A stretch of 62,187 nt of DNA, from positions 1-62,187 of the forward strand of contig SVTX01000006.1 of assembly GCA_015063545.1 (NCBI GenBank). Direction: 5' to 3'. Origin of the DNA: Oscillospiraceae bacterium. GTDB taxonomy: Bacteria > Bacillota > Clostridia > Oscillospirales > CAG-272. Position numbers and translations under genes: made by a program. The number at the start of each line of letters is the position of its first letter. Within the stretch, counting starts at the first letter, position 1. Shown here piece after piece: positions 57,905 to 62,187 of this stretch. The notes beneath the pieces were generated by a model, which made no database searches, was not told the origin of the DNA, and saw nothing but the letters and a program-made list of their open reading frames with translations.

Positions 57905-59739
57905 GTCTTTTCACCTCCAAGCTTATTTGCACCGCATCCCGAACAGTGTTCACGGCAGTTGGGTGTGGTAACCTCCTCATGTGCCTTCTTGGCCTCGCGG
58001 ATCAAAAATTCCTTTGTGACACCGCAGTCAATTATATCCCATGGCAGAATTTCATCATATGCCCATCTTCTGCTTGCGTAGAATGCGGGATCAATGCCGG
58101 CACGCTCAAACGCAGACATCCACATATCGTAGTCGAAAAATTCGCTCCAAGCGTCAAATTTTGCGCCGTCTCGGTAGGCAATTTCAATAGCATCCGCGAG
58201 ACGCCTGTCACCTCTTGCAAGAACCGCCTCTATAACACAGGTTTTTGCATCGTGGTGTTGATATCTTATTTTTTTATCCGTTACGCAGTCACCGATGAAT
58301 TTCTGCTTTTGCTCAAGAACTTCAAGAGAATCCTGAGGTTCCCATTGAAATGGGGTAAAGGGCTTGGGAATAAAGCATGAAACGCTGAAGGTTACCTGAG
58401 GAGCGCGACCTTTGTTTCTGTTTGGATTTGCATAATAAGCTTCTATAACTGTTTTTGCAAGCTCGGGAATACCCTTGAGGTCCTCTTCGGTCTCGGTGGG
58501 AAGACCTTGCATGAAGTAAAGCTTGACCTGTGTTTTTCCTGCAGTAAATGCAACGTTGACTGCGCGCAGAAGATCATCAAGCTGTACGTTTTTGTTTATA
58601 ACATCTCTTAATCTCTGCGTACCGGCCTCAGGGGCAAACGTAAGAGAGGATGAGCGTACCGAGGCAACCTTATCCATAAGCTCTTTTGTAAAGCTATCTA
58701 CTCGGAGTGAGGGCAAGGAAAAGCTTACCATGTTTTCATTTGTCCAATCCAAAAGCTTGTCCGTCAGCTCGGGAAGCCACGTGTAATCACTTATGGAAAG
58801 GGAGGACAGGGACATTTCCTCATATCCCGTATTTTCAAAAATACATTTTGCTTGTTCATTAAGCAGATCCGGAGACTTCTCTCTGACGGGACGGTAGATT
58901 ATACCTGCCTGACAGAAACGGCATCCCCTAATACATCCGCGAAATACCTCAAGCATGATTCTGTCGTGAACCACTTCTGTGTACGGCATAACTACCTTTT
59001 CAGGGAAGGGGGCTTTGTCCATATCCGTAATAATTCGCTTGGTTACCTTTGTCGGAATATCATCGTATATGGGAGAGTAGGATTTGATAGTGCCGTCGGT
59101 ATTATATTCGACTGTGTACAGAGAGGGAACATAAACACCGGGGATAGTTCTTGCTGCTTCATGAAGGAACTCTGACTTTGTGTATCTTCCTTCATCCTTC
59201 ATTTTAATGTAGAGACGAACTATCTCTACAAGCATTTCCTCGCCTTCGCCGATGTTGAATAAGTCGAAAAAGTCAGCTACAGGCTCGGGGTTATAGGCGC
59301 AAGGCCCTCCGCCGATAACCAAGGGGAACTCTTCTCCTCGGTCGGATGCTCTTAACGGAATATTTGCCAGATCCAACATGTTCAACACAGTGGTGTAGCA
59401 CATTTCATATTGAAGCGTAAATCCAAGAAAGTCAAACTCGGATATACTATCCTTGCTTTCATGAGCCCAGAGAGGTATGTTGTGCTCCTTCATTTTCTCT
59501 TGCATATCAATCCAAGGAGCATATACTCTTTCACACCATATATCTTTCTCATTGTTGAGGCAGTTATAAAGTATTCTTATGCCAAGATTAGACATACCGA
59601 TCTCATATGTATCGGGGAATGCAAAGGCAAATCTTGCTTTTATATTTGTTTTATCTTTGATTACCTGACCGTATTCGCCTCCCGAATATCGGCCGGGCTT
59701 TGATACTTGTTTGAGTATCTCGTTGAGTTGTTGATTCAT
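57883..59739 (-). CDS. B12-binding radical SAM protein (TIGR03960-like)
   Basis: KPGRY.GGE, FPD.YEIGMS, RGCIRGCRFCQAG, TFAPEAG, PKPFTPFQW. Confidence 0.92.
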   Translation of the reverse strand: MNQQLNEILKQVSKPGRYSGGEYGQVIKDKTNIKARFAFAFPDTYEIGMSNLGIRILYNCLNNEKDIWCERVYAPWIDMQEKMKEHNIPLWAHESKDSISEFDFLGFTLQYEMCYTTVLNMLDLANIPLRASDRGEEFPLVIGGGPCAYNPEPVADFFDLFNIGEGEEMLVEIVRLYIKMKDEGRYTKSEFLHEAARTIPGVYVPSLYTVEYNTDGTIKSYSPIYDDIPTKVTKRIITDMDKAPFPEKVVMPYTEVVHDRIMLEVFRGCIRGCRFCQAGIIYRPVREKSPDLLNEQAKCIFENTGYEEMSLSSLSISDYTWLPELTDKLLDWTNENMVSFSLPSLRVDSFTKELMDKVASVRSSSLTFAPEAGTQRLRDVINKNVQLDDLLRAVNVAFTAGKTQVKLYFMQGLPTETEEDLKGIPELAKTVIEAYYANPNRNKGRAPQVTFSVSCFIPKPFTPFQWEPQDSLEVLEQKQKFIGDCVTDKKIRYQHHDAKTCVIEAVLARGDRRLADAIEIAYRDGAKFDAWSEFFDYDMWMSAFERAGIDPAFYASRRWAYDEILPWDIIDCGVTKEFLIREAKKAHEEVTTPNCREHCSGCGANKLGGEKTCCPKKK

Positions 59740-59753
59740 AACGATTCCTTTAA

Positions 59754-62186
59754 TTACTTTTTCTTGTTTAGTAGAGTAAGCGCACCTACAAACAGTGGGA
59801 TAAGTGCTATGGTTTGAATAAGTAGTGTGAAAATATCTCTATAGAACAGTATATCCGAAGCGGAGGGGATAAGATATCCTATGATTGTTACACCAAAGGA
59901 GATAAGTGCTCCGGCAAAGATAAACAACAAGGACATTTTGGATAGCTTTTTAAATACCGAAGGCAAGTCCTTGCAAGCCAGAATGGGGTGGACTATATTA
60001 TGTATATCTCCGGATGCTACGATTCCCCCTAAGCGCGATACAGATTTAGTTGGAGATTCGTATTCGTAAGATTTGTATACACCTATTTTACAGGAGCGCC
60101 CTATTTGAGGCTTGATCTGAGGCTCGTATGTTGCGACTATACTCTTGATGCCGTGCATATGAAGATTTTTAACTGTCTGCTCAAATGTTCGGGTTACCTT
60201 GGGTGTGCAAAGATATATCATGGAGAGCTTGTTATTGATTACGAGATATACGGCATTTTTATCTTTTTTGACATCTATGGGTGCATCTCCCATATCTATA
60301 CTTGTTTGGCTCTGATAGAGCGAAATGAATTTTTTATCTCCAAGGAGAATGTGAGACGTGTTATCCATATACACTTCAATGCCATTGTCATTGATCTGCA
60401 CGATGTTGATATCAGCCGGGCTTATAGATTCGTCTTCAGCGATAGGATCCTTGCAGACTATATTTGAGAGGGGCCCGCCCAGAGCTGAAAAGAGTCTGTG
60501 TGCGATTTTTGAAACCTCGGCTATATCAATATTGTCTGCGGGTAAAGCATTGACACCGCCGCTTATTTCAAATGCGGATACATCGGGGAAAATAACGGAA
60601 TTTGTTTTGGAATAATCATCTATCGCCTCTGTGCCTATAAATGCACATTTCTTTTCTAAGAGACGGTTTGATGATATGAACATTGACAGAGGTATCACCA
60701 ATACAAATGACGCAGACAGACACATAAATACCGTAAATGCTATTGTAGCTGCAACGTCTGCCATGCTTCCGCCGGCAAAAATAGATATACACGCGATAAG
60801 CATGGCTGCAAGGGAAGCGAATCCCAATACAATGGTCATATTTCCGCTTCCGTAATAAGATTCGGAGCTTCGCTTGAAATATCCCGAGATATATTTGGTC
60901 TTTTTTACGGTTATTGCGTTGCCCTTGATCTTTTTGCCGATTTCTATGTTTTTGAGATTATCGGTATTGTTTGAAACCTTTTTGCCGGACGTGAGTATTT
61001 CTGCAGAATACAATTCGTCCGAAGACGTTATTAAATTAAAGGTCTGATACTCGCGAATGCAGTTGAGAAGTTGCGATGTTAATGCCGATATAAAGAACAG
61101 AGCCACCGTAACTCCGAACAACTGAATAGATGCCATGTTGGATACACTGTGATGAGCCGCGCGACATATTATCAGTATATCATATACGAGTAGTATCAAG
61201 AGTGCAAATATCGGTATTGTAAATACTGTTTGCGTAAATTTGACAATTCCTTTCAGTCCGCTGAGCAGTTCGTGTCTGACTACTACACAGCCTATGGCGA
61301 ACAGCAAAAGCTCGATTATAGGGAATATAACGTATGATGCGGTGTCGTCTTGGTTTTTGAATATCATGCCAAGAATGAAAAGCACAAGCGCTGTCACCGC
61401 AAAAACGGCGATCTTTACGAGTATCATTCGTTTATCAAACTCGTATTTTTGTTTTATGCGGGGTATCTGATCTTTATCGGAAAATTCCTTTCCGCAAAAA
61501 CCGAAGGGTATCTTATCCTTTTGAGGTTTGTATGAATTGGTAATGCTTTGTACTACGAAATCCGTGCGATCAAGACCAACCTCTGAGGCAAGCTCTTCTC
61601 GATAACCCAACTGCAAAAGCAGGGAAATATCGTCATCATGAAGCTCTGCGCCGTTTGTGTTCGGCATGCTTGAGCTATCTTCAAATGATGCACCGAATAT
61701 GTTATCGCATTGGTTATTTGCAAGCAGATGCCACTGAAGCGGATCATCCGTGTACTTGTCTTTGGAGCGAATAAAGTTAGTAGAGGAAGCAGATTGAAGT
61801 TGAGGCGCAATAGGCATAGCTACAGTTGCGGCGATAGAATCGGTTTCAGACAGATTCTCATTCGCATTCTCTGAGTCATCAAGCTCACCGAATGTAACGT
61901 CATCTTCCTCGTTTTCGGAGTTATCAAGCTCTCCGAACGTAATGTCATCTTCTTCGTTCTCGGAGTTATCAAGCTCGCCGAATGTAACGTCATCTTCCTC
62001 ATTCTCTGAGTCATCAAGTTCGCCGAACGTAACGTCATCTTCTTCGTTCTCGGAGTCATCAAGCTCGCCGAACGTAACGTCATCTTCTTCGTTCTCGGAG
62101 TCATCAAGCTCACCGAACGTAACGTCATTTTCTTCGTTTTCGGAGTCATCAAGTTCACCGAACGTAACGTCATCTTCCTCGTTCTC
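59754..62186 (-). CDS. Polytopic membrane protein resembling a degenerate P-type ATPase, with N-terminal acidic repeats; 5'-truncated
   Basis: The frame of 59754..61817 stays open to the window end through ENEEDDVTFGELDDS repeats; TM blocks and an ATPase-like segment lacking DKTGT. Confidence 0.7.
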   Translation of the reverse strand, partial: ENEEDDVTFGELDDSENEENDVTFGELDDSENEEDDVTFGELDDSENEEDDVTFGELDDSENEEDDVTFGELDNSENEEDDITFGELDNSENEEDDVTFGELDDSENANENLSETDSIAATVAMPIAPQLQSASSTNFIRSKDKYTDDPLQWHLLANNQCDNIFGASFEDSSSMPNTNGAELHDDDISLLLQLGYREELASEVGLDRTDFVVQSITNSYKPQKDKIPFGFCGKEFSDKDQIPRIKQKYEFDKRMILVKIAVFAVTALVLFILGMIFKNQDDTASYVIFPIIELLLFAIGCVVVRHELLSGLKGIVKFTQTVFTIPIFALLILLVYDILIICRAAHHSVSNMASIQLFGVTVALFFISALTSQLLNCIREYQTFNLITSSDELYSAEILTSGKKVSNNTDNLKNIEIGKKIKGNAITVKKTKYISGYFKRSSESYYGSGNMTIVLGFASLAAMLIACISIFAGGSMADVAATIAFTVFMCLSASFVLVIPLSMFISSNRLLEKKCAFIGTEAIDDYSKTNSVIFPDVSAFEISGGVNALPADNIDIAEVSKIAHRLFSALGGPLSNIVCKDPIAEDESISPADINIVQINDNGIEVYMDNTSHILLGDKKFISLYQSQTSIDMGDAPIDVKKDKNAVYLVINNKLSMIYLCTPKVTRTFEQTVKNLHMHGIKSIVATYEPQIKPQIGRSCKIGVYKSYEYESPTKSVSRLGGIVASGDIHNIVHPILACKDLPSVFKKLSKMSLLFIFAGALISFGVTIIGYLIPSASDILFYRDIFTLLIQTIALIPLFVGALTLLNKKK
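61872..62186 (-). repeat. 45-bp tandem repeat, at least 7 copies (coding)
   Basis: Period 45 bp; 315 bp up to the window edge. Confidence 0.92.
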
Positions 62187-62187
62187 G

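Noticed and set aside
61820-62173. 117-aa MTLRSVNLMTP repeat ORF
   Set aside because: Alternative frame of the 45-bp repeat. Differences between units are mostly synonymous in the acidic frame, which is continuous with the downstream gene.

Overview
Chromosomal window from a spore-forming Firmicute, most likely Clostridia (inferred from spoIVA, a SpoIVFB-like protease, an SLH protein, IreB and the TIGR03960/TIGR03936-type radical SAM pair). Most of it is housekeeping: mcsA-mcsB-clpC, a biotin-dependent Na+-decarboxylase operon, rsmE, greA, an acyl-CoA dehydratase activator pair, tig-clpP-clpX, thrC, lepB-rbgA-rnhB-yraN, apgM, ribF, ddh, radA, spoIVA, murA and two tRNA-Leu genes. I found no transposase, integrase, cas gene or reverse transcriptase. 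The most unusual feature is non-coding (38928-39454). Each tRNA-Leu is followed by its own module built from an inverted copy of that tRNA's 3' end, a shared TCACA..TGTGA hairpin core and a copy of the T-arm sequence GTTCAAGTCCC. Behind tRNA-Leu(CAG) the module is amplified into a 115-117 bp tandem array that ends beside a 2H-phosphoesterase gene. Also notable: a BspA-type LRR gene whose hypervariable codons are almost all NNT, several apparent pseudo-enzymes (McsB, with matching loss of ClpC pArg-site arginines; a PBP lacking SxxK/KTG; a P-type-ATPase-like protein lacking DKTGT and carrying 45-bp acidic repeats), and small self-contained promoter-ORF-palindrome cassettes. All family calls come from motif recognition by eye; no searches were run.
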